Of a DNA stretch of 64,000 bases, positions 25,725-38,974 are shown in pieces. This stretch comes from Octopus sinensis (Eukaryota). Position 1 is the first letter of the stretch; each line of letters opens with the position of its first letter. Both the position numbers and the translations under genes were made by a program. The DNA is taken from contig NC_043018.1 in NCBI RefSeq assembly GCF_006345805.1, forward strand, positions 11,966,001-12,030,000, written 5' to 3'. The notes beneath the pieces were generated by a model. The model saw only the letters and a program-made list of their open reading frames with translations. It made no database searches and was not told the origin of the DNA.

Positions 25725-26187
25725 TATGTGCCAGTGGCACATAAAAGGCACCATTCGAGTGTGATCATTACCAGCATCACCTTACTGGCACTTGTGCCCG
25801 TGCTGGTAGGGTGCCAATAGCACCATCCAAGCGTGATCGTTGCCAGAGCAGCCAACTGGCTCTGTGCCGGTGGCACGTAAAAGGGCACCATTCGAGCGTG
25901 ATTGTTATCAACGTTGCCTTACTGGCACCTGTGCCGGTGGCATGTGTAAAAAGATTCGAGCGAGGTCATTGCCAGTACTGCCTGACTGGCCTCGTGTCGG
26001 TGGCATGTAAAAAGCACCTACTACACTCTCGGAGTGGTTGGCGTTAGGAAGGGCATCCAGCTGTAGAAACTCTGCCAGATCAAGATTGGAGCCTGGTGTG
26101 GCCATCCGGTTCACCAGCCCTCAGTCAAAATCGTCCAACCCATGCTAGCATGGAAAGTGGACATTAAACGATAATGATGATGATGAT
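25725..26187 (+). mobile_element. RTE-family 3' UTR/tail with tandem units
   Basis: Same core and (GAT)n tail as 3480-3672; near-copy at 38320-38642. Confidence 0.85.
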
Positions 26188-26993
26188 CAAATCAACCTAA
26201 AAGAATTCATGAAAAATTTCAAGGGGCAGTGAAATTAAGAGCGGAGAGTGTCTATGTGTTGAGCTTCAGATGTATAAACTTCTTATGGACAACATAAAGA
26301 GTTTGAACACATTGGTAAGAATGGCTGATGTTGACACAATAATGAACAATGCAAGCTGGCAGTGTGTCTTTTGAGGAAACACCAAAGCTCATACATGGAG
26401 GATAATCTATGCAAAACATACAGGCTGTACGTAGGCTGTTTATGACTTTTTGTACGATACATACTATAATGCTTATATAAAAAAGAGTAACCTTTTACTA
26501 ACATTTTGTAACATAATCTTTAAGTTTGTTAAACTGGAACATTTTCATTTCTTTTCCTCCGTTTTATTTACTCACATTTTGTCGCTGTCAAATATTTATG
26601 ACCTACCTGATAAACATAGAGTTTTCTGTACAATGTTTGTTAAGTTATACTTATAGAAGGGTAATCTGTTCTGGGCAATATCTCAGAAGGCCCACTGCCA
26701 GAGAAAGCCAATTTCAATTGCACTAAGCCATTGTTGACTAGCTAAAAACAACAGCAAATAGCCATCATATTTCATTTTACTATTATAAAGAAGGAAAGAT
26801 AAACTGGATCATGATATAATTCTAGATGCACAAATTTAGAAGAAATATAAAAATATAATTTAAAAAACTGTGATTCATAGCTAGAATTTGTTTGATCATA
26901 GACCTAACTGATGAGGTCTGAACTTCAGTGTCACAACAAAATCAACAACCAAAGAATTTATATTTAGCACTAAATAAAAACAATGTAAAATAC

Positions 26994-27107
26994 CTCAAAA
27001 GTTATGTTGATTGTATACTTCCTAGTTCCGTTGTCATAATCCAAGAGTTTGTTCAGTTTAATAATTCCGTTTTCATCACTTACAAACATATCGTTTATTT
27101 CTGAAGG
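26994..27107 (-). CDS. Cadherin-repeat protein, coding exon 7 (EC2)
   Basis: ctcttcag|CCTTCA...TTTGAG|gtattt; 114 nt, phase 0-0; MFVSDENGIIKLNKLLDYDNGTRKYTINITFE with LDYD. Confidence 0.92.
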
Positions 27108-27229
27108 CTGAAGAGTGAAAATGATAAAGACAATAAGTTTTTAGAACGAGTTGCAAAATAGCCATTGGTGAAAGATTAACAGCTAAAAAGGTAACAACTT
27201 CAAGCCATCAACCCATCCTGAAAGCTAGC

Positions 27230-28130
27230 AAAGCATCTATCCATCCAATCAGATATCATTTATTTATTTATGCTGTCAACAATCAAACCATCTATCAATT
27301 TACCTATCGATCAATCCATTCATCAATCCATCCAAAATGTTATCAAACCACCCATCAATCCAACCAACTCTCAAAACATCTACTGATCCTCCCAGCTAAA
27401 GCCAACCCTCAATTAAAACAGATACCAAATCATCCATCTAACTAACAAGCTATCAAACACCTACCCAACTAGCTGGCAAAACATCCAGCCATTCAACCAG
27501 CAAGCTAGCAAAGCAACCATCCATTTAACTAGCTATCAAAACAACTGTCTATCTAATCAGCTAGAATATCATTCATCTGTCTAACTAGTTATTGAATAAT
27601 CTATTCATCTAACCAGCAAGAAAACTATCCACCCACCCAACTAGCTATAAACTATCCCCCACCCAACCAACTCTCAAACCATCCATCCATCCCTCCACCA
27701 ATCCAGTTATCCATCAGTCCATTCATCTGCTCTGCTATTCATCCACACAGCTATCCATCTAACCATTGATCCAATCAAGTACCAAACCATTTATCCATTC
27801 ACTCCATTCATACAACAAGTTAGCCAAACCAACCAACCATCCATCCATCCATCCATCCATCCAATCAACTGCTAAACCATCCATTGATCTTACTAGCAAT
27901 CCAACCATCCATTCATCTAATCAGCTAATCAGCTATCGAACCTTCCATCCAGTCAGCTATGGATGGATCGATGGATCAATGGATAGGCAGACATCTCTCA
28001 ATCTGCCCTCTCACCCAACAAGGTATTAAATCATCTCTGCACCCCTACATCATTTACTGACTCAACTATCCATCCAGTCATCCATATAACCATTCCTTCT
28101 TGCATCATCCATTCATCCAACCCACGATTC
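27230..28130. repeat. Degenerate (CCAT/CCAA/CTAG)-rich low-complexity tract
   Basis: Cryptic tetranucleotide repeats (ccatccatccatcc, aaccaaccaacc). Confidence 0.8.
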
Positions 28131-28211
28131 AGTAAAGAAGTCAGTCACATGTTTGGTAATGTATCACACTGTATAATATATGTAAAAATTGGTTTGTATT
28201 TAAAAATTTAC

Positions 28212-28319
28212 CTCAATATCTAACTTGTACTTGGATTTGGGCAAGGTTGGGGTTGACCATTTATCTTCATCTGTTATATGTTGTGAAATATCGAAGACAG
28301 AAAAACCAATTGGTTCTGA
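28212..28319 (-). CDS. Cadherin-repeat protein, coding exon 6 (EC2)
   Basis: tttctttccag|TCAGAA...ATTGAG|gtaaat; 108 nt, phase 0-0; SEPIGFSVFDISQHITDEDKW with a DxD motif. Confidence 0.88.
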
Positions 28320-28803
28320 CTGGAAAGAAATATTTTTAAAAAATGGGTAAATTTAGAAAACAGGAAAGATGGTAATGGATAACAATATTATACAAACCTG
28401 AATCAAAAAGAAAAAAAAAAGATGTCATCTTTTACAAGTTGAGACACTTAATACAACATAAAACATTGGCGATGAACTAAATATTTTAAAGTTATTTCCC
28501 TCTCTGTCTTTATGCTGTGAGTTCAGGTTTTACTAGTATTGTCTTTGACTTTCATCCATTTGTGGCACTATAAGCACCTGTTGACTAGCATCAGTCTGCT
28601 CATATACAGGCCAACTTTCACCAGTAATATATTACTTTGTATATTTTGTCAAATTATTAAACCATACGTCTGATAAAGATCAAATAATCTTTTTGATGCA
28701 GAATAAATTAACTTGTATGCTTTTTGGTATTTTTAAGTAATTTTTTTCACCAACTTGACAAATTTATACCAACAGCTAATTAGTTTGGTATAACAATGCA
28801 ATA

Positions 28804-28962
28804 GTGGAGTGGTTGTGTGGTAAGTAGCTTGCTTGCCAACCACATGGTTCCACATTCAGTCCCACTGCGTGGCACCTTGGGCAAGTGTCTTCCACTATAG
28901 CCTCGGGCTAACCAAAGCCTGGTGAGTGGATTTGGGAGATGGAAACTGAAAGAAGCCCATCA
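28804..28962 (+). mobile_element. SINE family A, 5' half
   Basis: Matches the head of 24167. Confidence 0.88.
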
Positions 28963-29169
28963 TATATATATATATATATATATACAATGGTTACATTACT
29001 CTCAACCCCAGTTAGGGCAACAATTTTAGCATATTTGAATGATGATAGGTTAAAAGTGAGAACAACCGATGTGACATGTTTGTTATCAAACGATCATGGA
29101 AACCTTCTTTTCAGGTGCTGAACAGCATCTCTCCTTCCCAAGCTCCCTCCCACATCCGTTTCCCAGTTT

Positions 29170-29745
29170 TTAGAGTTCGCACTGTCAATGTACGCACAGT
29201 GAGATTATTGAGATGCTTCAACGGAAGCATGTTGATGTATGCTGCATCCAAGAGGTAAGGTGGAGAGGCATTTCAGCCATGTTCCTCACAAGCAAGACAC
29301 ATAGGTATAAGATCTTCTGGGAAGATAACAGTGATGGAGTAGGTGGTGTGGGCATACTTCTTGCAGAGAAATGTGTGGACAAGGTCATAGAGGTGTTTAG
29401 AGTGTGTGATAGAGTACTTAAGCTGAGGCTAGTCTTGCAGAATAGTATAGCTACAATTATATCTGCCTGCGCCCCACAAGCAGGCCTACCAAACAGAAGG
29501 ACCACTTTTATGACATTCTTCTGCAGGCTACCTTCAAGATGAATGACAATGATCTCATCTTCATGGCTGGGGATTTCAATGGACATGTCAGACAGCAGCC
29601 AGGTGTCTTCCATGGTATACATGGGGGCCATGGAATTGGTTTCCGAAATGAAGAGGGGACAAGGCTACTGGAGTTCAGTGATGCAAATAACCTATTGATC
29701 TGCAACACCAAATTCAGGAAGCCAGCAAGCCACTGATAACCTATC
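29170..29745 (+). mobile_element. RTE AP-endonuclease fragment
   Basis: VDVCCIQEVRWRG...GVGILL...CAPQAG...MAGDFNGHV...NEEGTRLLEF. Confidence 0.92.
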
Positions 29746-29749
29746 AATC

Positions 29750-30580
29750 AGTGCCCCACATGGGATTACAGAAGAATTAGGAGGGCAGAAATTGGAACTG
29801 GTGAAGTCATAGAAATTCTCCAACAACCACTTATGACTCTTTCTGGAGGTATGATAAGGAGTCAAATCCTTTTGCCATATATATGGCCTTCCAGTAACAA
29901 CCTTTTCCAATTAGGATTTGACCATAATTCCCTGCAGCTTCACATTGCATCTGAACTGAGCCCAAGGTCTTGTTCAAAGATGTAGGGCAACATGACATCA
30001 GCCTTACTGGACACACGGACACACTAAGATCATTACAATTTGGCAGAACTTGGTTTTCATGGTACATGAGAGAGATCACATAGATTGTTGGCAAGCCACC
30101 TGTTGTTCTGGGTGCTGTGCAACTAGTCCTGGCAAAAGTTCTTTGCATCTAAAGAAGCACCAGGTTCTCCCTGACTCAACAGGATGCCTCAGCTTGTTCA
30201 GGAGCTTCTTTGCCCTTGTCAAGTGATTTTTTTTTACCTTGGCTGTCAGAATTTCTCCCTTGCATCCCTTATATGAGTGGTAGTGAAAGTCCTACTTCAG
30301 TGCCATCTTCATCGTGGCAACTCCAACACCCATCTCTCTCATCAAAGCCTGGATTCCCTTGTTCAGATCTTCCATCACCTTGTCCTGCGGTTGTTCGATG
30401 GTTTCAGAATGCCTGTTATATCCCTCCTTGCTGGCCACAGCATTATATTCTCTGTTACAGCTGTCCATGTCATGTCTTACAACCTTTACAGTGTTCACGG
30501 AGCACTGAGCAGCAGTCGTGATGTTGGTATTTTGATGCCCAGCACGGATCACCACGATACCAGTAACACTTTCCCAATAT
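29750..30580 (-). mobile_element. Tc1/mariner (maT-like) transposase remnant
   Basis: N-terminal IRAGHQ...EDL, then RWLA, and GRPYIWQKD...H...KWLLENFYDF...CPPNS (QQDxAPxH/WPPxSPD motifs). Confidence 0.75.
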
Positions 30581-31256
30581 TCAGATGACTTCCAGTCCTC
30601 CATGTCAGCTAACGTTTTCCCAACTACAACTCTTATCTTTATACTCTCCAATGCTGTTGGCTCTTCACCAATACATCAAGCTGTTCCTGAGAAAAAGGGA
30701 CATAAAATCTCGTCAAATTTAGTCCGAACACACATACACACACACACACACATACATTCCCACATCTGATTGCACAACGCCTCAGGTGAGCATGCAATAT
30801 AATGGTGGGAGTTTAATAGGATTACAATAAGAAATGAAACCTGAATGATTTAACTATTGTATGTTGAGTGCATTCAATTGTATGTATAAATATATAAATA
30901 GACATATATATATGTCTGTGTGTGTGTGTGTGTACATGCATGTGGGTCTGTATGTGTGTGTGTGTGTGCCGATGCGTACACATGTGCAATGTACTTGTGC
31001 ATTGTTTCTACATTTCTATTCACTAAATCTCATTCACACACATCTGTCCAATGTGTGGCTGAAATATGGTGAAACATGGGATCATTTGTTTATGATGTGA
31101 GCTTCTTAATCTCAGAAACATGATAAAAATACAAAATTTTTAAAAAAAATAACAACAATAAACAAAAATAAAACTTCACCAAATATAGGGAAGGTAGTCC
31201 TAAAAAAGGTAACAATAAAAATTCTTCATGAGAGAAAAATATAGAAATGAACTTAC

Positions 31257-31328
31257 CTCATTAACATTATGAGTGTAGCTAGGCTTCTCAAATTTTGGTT
31301 TAAAGGTATTTTCATACGTAAATGAAAG
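31257..31328 (-). CDS. Cadherin-repeat protein, coding exon 5 (EC1-EC2 linker)
   Basis: ttttttcag|CTTTCA...AATGAG|gtaagt; 72 nt, phase 0-0; LSFTYENTFKPKFEKPSYTHNVNE matches the xxNxxxPxF...Y...V.E cadherin pattern. Confidence 0.9.
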
Positions 31329-31655
31329 CTGAAAAAATACGACTTAGGATAATAAAAAAATTTCATTGGTGCATAATAACATTATTGTTAATGTTGTTTA
31401 AATATTAAATCAGCCCTGATTGAGCAGTTTTATGATCAAAGATATTCCAGCCATGACCCACTCAGCTTCCTAGACAGTGTTATCTAATATGTCTTTTGTA
31501 TTTTTTAGTGGTGTGTGTGTGTGTTTTCTAAGGGTGATAAAGGTGCTATTTCTAGCAGGCTAAGTGACTAAGCAGAAACTTTTTTATTTACTTACAAGAT
31601 ATCATATACAAATATCAGGTAATACAGAAAACAAATGCTGCAGTACTTTACATCA

Positions 31656-34600
31656 CACTATACTGCTGTATAGTGCAGTATGCTGTATAGTACAGTATGC
31701 TGTATAGTACAGTATGCTGTATAGTACAGTATGCTGTATAGTGCAGTATGCTGTATAGTACAGTATGCTGTATAGTGCAGTATGCTGTATAGTACAGTAT
31801 GCTGTATAGTACAGTATGCTGTATAGTACAGTATGCTGTATAGTACAGTATGCTGTATAGTACAGTATGCTGTATAGTACAGTATGCTGTATAGTACAGT
31901 ATGCTGTATAGTACAGTATGCTGTATAGTACAGTATGCTGTATAGTGCAGTATGCTGTATAGTGCAGTATGCTGTATAGTACAGTATGCTGTATAGTACA
32001 GTATGCTGTATAGTGCAGTATGCTGTATAGTACAGTATGCTGTATAGTGCAGTATGCTGTATAGTACAGTATGCTGTATAGTGCAGTATGCTGTATAGTG
32101 CAGTATGCTGTATAGTACAGTATGCTGTATAGTGCAGTATGCTGTATAGTACAGTATGCTGTATAGTGCAGTATGCTGTATAGTACAGTATGCTGTATAG
32201 TACAGTATGCTGTATAGTACAGTATGCTGTATAGTACAGTATGCTGTATAGTGCAGTATGCTGTATAGTACAGTATGCTGTATAGTGCAGTATGCTGTAT
32301 AGTACAGTATGCTGTATAGTGCAGTATGCTGTATAGTGCAGTATGCTGTATAGTGCAGTATGCTGTATAGTGCAGTATGCTGTATAGTACAGTATGCTGT
32401 ATAGTGCAGTATGCTGTATAGTACAGTATGCTGTATAGTGCAGTATGCTGTATAGTGCAGTATGCTGTATAGTGCAGTATGCTGTATAGTGCAGTATGCT
32501 GTATAGTGCAGTATGCTGTATAGTGCAGTATGCTGTATAGTGCAGTATGCTGTATAGTACAGTATGCTGTATAGTGCAGTATGCTGTATAGTACAGTATG
32601 CTGTATAGTGCAGTATGCTGTATAGTGCAGTATGCTGTATAGTGCAGTATGCTGTATAGTGCAGTATGCTGTATAGTGCAGTATGCTGTATAGTGCAGTA
32701 TGCTGTATAGTACAGTATGCTGTATAGTGCAGTATGCTGTATAGTGCAGTATGCTGTATAGTGCAGTATGCTGTATAGTACAGTATGCTGTATAGTGCAG
32801 TATGCTGTATAGTACAGTATGCTGTATAGTGCAGTAAGCTGTATAGTGCAGTATGCTGTATAGTGCAGTATGCTGTATAGTACAGTATGCTGTATAGTAC
32901 AGTATGCTGTATAGTACAGTATGCTGTATAGTGCAGTATGCTGTATAGTACAGTATGCTGTATAGTGCAGTATGCTGTATAGTGCAGTATGCTGTATAGT
33001 GCAGTATGCTGTATAGTGCAGTATGCTGTATAGTGCAGTATGCTGTATAGTGCAGTATGCTGTATAGTGCAGTATGCTGTATAGTACAGTATGCTGTATA
33101 GTGCAGTATGCTGTATAGTACAGTATGCTGTATAGTGCAGTATGCTGTATAGTGCAGTATGCTGTATAGTGCAGTATGCTGTATAGTGCAGTATGCTGTA
33201 TAGTGCAGTATGCTGTATAGTGCAGTATGCTGTATAGTACAGTATGCTGTATAGTGCAGTATGCTGTATAGTGCAGTATGCTGTATAGTGCAGTATGCTG
33301 TATAGTACAGTATGCTGTATAGTGCAGTATGCTGTATAGTACAGTATGCTGTATAGTGCAGTATGCTGTATAGTGCAGTATGCTGTATAGTGCAGTATGC
33401 TGTATAGTACAGTATGCTGTATAGTACAGTATGCTGTATAGTACAGTATGCTGTATAGTGCAGTATGCTGTATAGTACAGTATGCTGTATAGTGCAGTAT
33501 GCTGTATAGTGCAGTATGCTGTATAGTACAGTATGCTGTATAGTACAGTATGCTGTATAGTACAGTATGCTGTATAGTACAGTATGCTGTATAGTACAGT
33601 ATGCTGTATAGTACAGTATGCTGTATAGTGCAGTATGCTGTATAGTGCAGTATGCTGTATAGTACAGTATGCTGTATAGTACAGTATGCTGTATAGTACA
33701 GTATGCTGTATAGTACAGTATGCTGTATAGTACAGTATGCTGTATAGTACAGTATGCTGTATAGTACAGTATGCTGTATAGTACAGTATGCTGTATAGTA
33801 CAGTATGCTGTATAGTACAGTATGCTGTATAGTACAGTATGCTGTATAGTGCAGTATGCTGTATAGTGCAGTATGCTGTATAGTACAGTATGCTGTATAG
33901 TACAGTATGCTGTATAGTACAGTATGCTGTATAGTACAGTATGCTGTATAGTGCAGTATGCTGTATAGTGCAGTATGCTGTATAGTACAGTATGCTGTAT
34001 AGTACAGTATGCTGTATAGTGCAGTATGCTGTATAGTACAGTATGCTGTATAGTACAGTATGCTGTATAGTACAGTATGCTGTATAGTGCAGTATGCTGT
34101 ATAGTACAGTATGCTGTATAGTGCAGTATGCTGTATAGTACAGTATGCTGTATAGTACAGTATGCTGTATAGTGCAGTATGCTGTATAGTGCAGTGTGCT
34201 GTATAGTGCAGTATGCTGCATAGTGCAGTATGCTGTATAGTGCAGTGTGCTGCATAGTGCAGTATGCTGTATAGTGCAGTATGCTGTATAGTACAGTATG
34301 CTGTATAGTGCAGTATGCTGTATAGTGCAGTATGCTGTATAGTGCAGTGTGCTGCATAGTGCAATGTGCTGCATAGTGCAGTGTGCTGCATAGTGCATGT
34401 GCTGCATAGTGCAGTGTGCTGTATAGTGCAGTGTGTTGCATAGTGCAGTGTGCTGTATAGTGCAGTGTGTTGTATAGTGCAGTGTGCTGTATAGTGCAGT
34501 ATGCTGTATAGTGCAGTGTGCTGTATAGTGCAGTGTGCTGTATAGTGCAGTGTGCTGTATAGTGCAGTGTGCTGTATAGTGCAGTGTGCTGTATAGTGCA

Positions 34601-35035
34601 GTGTGCTGTATAGTGCAGTGTGCTGTATAGTGCAGTATGGTGTATAGTGCAGTATGCTGTATAGTGCAGTGTGCTGTATAGTGCAGTATGCTGTATAGTG
34701 CAGTATGCTGTATAGTGCAGTATGCTGTATAGTGCAGTATGCTGTATAGTGCAGTGTGCTGTATAGTGCAGTATGCTGTATAGTGCAGTATGCTGTATAG
34801 TGCAGTATGCTGTATTGTGCAGTGTGCTGTATAGTGCAGTATGCTGTATAGTGCAGTGTGCTGTATAGTGCAGTGTGCTGTATAGTGCAGTATGCTGTAT
34901 AGTGCAGTGTGCTGTATAGTACAGTGTGCTGTATAGTGCAGTGTGCTGTATAGTGCAGTATGCTGTATAGTGCAGTATGCTGTATAGTGCAGTATGCTGT
35001 ATAGTACAGTATGCTGTATAGTGCAGTACACTGCA
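31656..35035. repeat. 17-bp minisatellite, about 198 units
   Basis: Unit GTATGCTGTATAGT(A/G)CA repeated head-to-tail for ~3.37 kb. Confidence 0.98.
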
Positions 35036-35669
35036 GTTCAATAATTACAGCAATGGTCCATAAACTTACTTTGTTAAAGAGCCCTGTAAATCATGAAGTC
35101 CTTACTTGTAATTCACAGAAAACCCCTATGGCCCTAACTTTCATAAGACATCTAGTGAAACAAATTGCTTCCAAGAGAGAATTTATTCATATTTTTAAAA
35201 AAATACAAATGTAATAATTACGTTTTGAAGATGGTGAATGGCATTTGTTTTACAAAATATATTATTATTAGATTCTATTAAATATACCTTATTTTGTGGA
35301 ACCCCAGAATCCTTTCAAGGAACTCTTGGGTTGCATAGAACACACTTTAGCAAACACTGTGATACAGTACAGTACAATTTATTGTAGTACCTTTATAAAA
35401 TACAGTTTTACAAATGTACATTGTAGTATAATACTAGACAGTACAGTACTATAATGCAGAATAGCATAGTACCTATATAATACAGTAGTTCATTATAAGC
35501 AGAGTAGATCACAAAAAGTACAAAAAAATGAATAAACAATGTTTAATATTATATATATTGTTATATATCATATATTGTTTATTATATATTGTTTATTCAT
35601 TTTTTGTAATTTTTGTGATCTAGTTATGTTTTAAAATATACTTTATTTTTTCTTTATGATTTGGTTTAT

Positions 35670-37000
35670 AAGAATAATAATAATAATAATGAAATTATTG
35701 TATACAGTGCTCAGGTGCACCACAACTTGTCAGAAAGTGCATATAAAGTACATGCAGTAATGTAGAAATGTCTGGAAAGTGAACATGCTTGTGTGTGTAT
35801 GGAGGGGAGAAAATCAAGTGTAGTGTTGGCGAATCTCAGGAAGCATGGAAGTTTTGAAGGATGCAGTGCTCCGACAACTAACAACCGATGCCGGCAGTTT
35901 GTTCCACGCTTCAGCAACTCTCAGCGTGAAAAAATGTTTCCTGAAGTCATGGGAGCTGTGCTGTTTTCTTACTTTGTAAATATGTCCACGGGTGTTAGAT
36001 GGGTGGAGTTTGAAGAGGTGCTCAGAGTTATTGTTTGTGCGATGGTTGATAATTTTATGGGTGTCTGCCAAGTCAGCTGCCAGACGTCGGAGTTTCAATG
36101 TGTCCATGCCCAGGGAAGTAAGGCGTTCAGGATATGGCAAATGCCTGATGGAGGGTATTCTTTTGGTTGCACGTCGCTGAACAGCTTCCAGAAGATTGAT
36201 GTCCTGGGCAAGATAGGGGTTCCAGACCGGTGATGCAAATTCCAGGTGAGGTCTTACCATAGCTATATAAAGCCGCAGATAGATAGCCGGAGAGCGGCTC
36301 ACAAAGGATTTGGTGAGTGATGCCAAGACACCCTCAGCCTTCTTGACAATTTTAGCAATGTGTTTTGTCCAACGCAAATCACTGTCGACAATAACACCCA
36401 GGTCACGTTCACTTGAAGACTTTTTGAGACTAGTGTTGTGGAGGGAGTAGGTGGACGCTGGGTTTCTCCTCCCAAAATGCATGGTGGTACATTTGTCCAC
36501 AGCCAGCTTGAGTTGCCAGTCCATGATCCACTGCTGCATTGTGTCCAGGTCTGCTTGCAATAGAGATCCATAGTGTACAGGATTTGACCTCTTTATTTCG
36601 AGGTACAGCTTGATGTCATCTGCATATTTCAGCACTGTGGCATTCTTTAAGTTGGCATCTATGTCATTAACATATGCAACAAATAAAAGGGGGCCAAGAA
36701 CAGATCCCTGCGGCACACCAGATGTCATCTCATAGGGCGAAGAGTGCTGTCCTAGAACTGTGACAACCTCTTTTCGGCCGAAAATAAAGGACTTTAACCA
36801 GTTATAGAGTTCGTCTCTTACACCCAACGCAGAAAGCTTCACCATAAGTCTTTTGTGTGGCACAGAGTTAAAAGCCTTAGCAAAGTCCAGGTAAACAACA
36901 TCCACCCAGGATCTGCGATCAGTGATTTGGGTAACGTCCTCAAGAAACTCGATGAGTTGATTACAGCAGCTGGAGTTAGGAATAAATCCGAATATGTCAA
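35670..37000 (-). mobile_element. 5'-truncated CR1-clade LINE with an uninterrupted RT frame
   Basis: YLDFAKAF, SGVPQGSVLGPLLF, YADD, VRPHLEFASPVWNPY, TRGH, FFTLRV..WNKLP; 3' UTR and (ATT)n tail near 35674-35690. Confidence 0.95.
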
Positions 37001-37036
37001 TCATTGTTTGAATTACATAATAGTGGTTTTTCTCTA

Positions 37037-37082
<46 letters not shown>

Positions 37083-37813
37083 ATACACACACCCCACACA
37101 CAAACACACACACACAAGATATCATTTCCTGGGCATCAAGTTCTCAATTAAATCATTAATACATTAGCAAAAACATAAATCATTAGGAAATAATGTAACT
37201 GAATTCTAACTCACAGCTTAAGATATTAATCACCATTAAGCTCCAAAATAAAAGGAAGAAAGAAAATATCCAGAGAAATTTACTTGATCAAACACAAAAA
37301 GTAAGCACACGTGATACATGTCACAAGCCCTTTCACTAGAAATACTTTCTAAGATGAGGCTAAACTACACACAGAGGATGCTTAGTTCCAGAATTTAATC
37401 TCCAAACCAGCAACACTATTTGAACTTCAGTTTCCTATGGTTCAGAATTTGGCAGGATATCTGAGTTGTATTAAGTGTGAAATACAACATAGACCACAGC
37501 CAAAGGTCGTGGATCAGTGAATCTAAGATTTGAGAGACTGCTCATGCTTAGCAATGTGTTGACAACAATCATACACACACTACATACATATACATACATT
37601 ACATACATAACAGCATACATGACAAATTTGCACACTCATACACACACACTTATACATAAGTACATGCATAGACAGATGCACATATACAACCATGATTACA
37701 CAATTAACACAAACACACACATAAAAGATATAAATATTTGAACACATGAACATACACCACCATACTTTCTCCCCTTAATTTTCTGTGTCTATAATCTGAG
37801 TAGGTTTGTCCTA

Positions 37814-37902
<89 letters not shown>

Positions 37903-38642
37903 TGCACATGCCTGTGCAGGTGGCACGTAAAAGCACCCACTACACTCACGGAGTGGTTGGCGTTAGGAAGGGCATCCAGCTGTAGAAACATTGCCAGATT
38001 AGACTGGAGCCTGGTGCAGCCTTCTGGCTTCCCAGAACCCCGGTCGAACCGTCCAACCCATGCTAGCATGGAGAACGGACGTTAAACGATGATGATGATG
38101 ATGATGATGATATATATACTTGAATATTAGTCATCTAAAAATATTCAGTCTTTGCCTTTTCTTTATTTACATCGGTGGTTCTCAACCACTTTTTAAATCT
38201 ATGGACCCCTTTAATTACTATTTTATTCTGATAGACTCCTATAGCCATGTGATGTTGAAAAAATAGTTTTATGGAAACATTTTCCTGAATTCCTATTTTA
38301 TTTTTCACATATTACTGGCTATCTGGCCTTCATGCCGGTGGCACATAAAAGACACCAATTGAGCGTGATCGTTACCAGCATTGCCTTACTGGCACCTGTG
38401 CCGGTGGCATGTGTAAAAGATTCGAGCGAGGTCGTTGCCAGTACTGCCTGACTGGCCCCATGGCACGTAAAAGCACCCACTACACTCTCGGAGTGGTTGG
38501 CGTTAGGAAGGACATCCAGCTGTAGAAACTCTGCCAGATCAAGATTGGAGCCTGGTGCAGCCATCTGGTTCACCAGCCCTCAGTCAAAATCGTCCAACCC
38601 ATGCCAGCATGGAAAGCGGACGTTAAACAATGATGATGATGA
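37903..38642 (+). mobile_element. Two RTE-family 3' tails (37903-38112 and 38320-38642) flanking a hAT MITE end
   Basis: Conserved gtggttggcgttaggaagg core and (GAT)n tails; cggtggttctcaacc at 38173. Confidence 0.8.
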
Positions 38643-38974
38643 TTTGTATATCAAATATCTACATGCATATATTTTGTATATCAAACCCAAGGAGTTTTAT
38701 CTATTCATTTGCATCATTGTGTCAGTATATATACACATGCACTAATACACACTTGTATACAAATACATACATGCATTCATACACATACAAACACACTTGA
38801 CATACTTACACACACATATACATGCCCCACTGCGTGGCACTTAGAGCAGGTGTCTTCTGCTATAGCCCCGAGCCGACCGAAGCTTTGAGATTGAATTCGG
38901 CAGGCGGAAGTTACTGCCGTGGGTGTATATGTGTGTGTAGGTGCTTGTGCCTGTCCGAAAGAGAGAGAGGGATA

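Noticed and set aside
26283-26504. 73-aa minus ORF as an extra cadherin exon
   Set aside because: No cadherin motifs or good splice sites; exons 7 and 8 join seamlessly without it.
31656-35035. CRISPR-like or encoded-message reading of the array; also the 66-bp and ~60-bp repeats
   Set aside because: The units are contiguous with no unique spacers, no cas genes are present and the context is eukaryotic; the variant pattern fits ordinary minisatellite turnover.
31648-35041. Three 900-1127 aa minus-strand ORFs (YTAYCTIQHTALYSILH repeats)
   Set aside because: They are translations of a 17-bp minisatellite that lacks stop triplets on one strand. All three frames give the same repeat, and the array lies in an intron.
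37214-37239. 26-nt candidate microexon with a GTGAGT donor
   Set aside because: Weak GAG acceptor, frameshifting, and not needed between exons 4 and 5.
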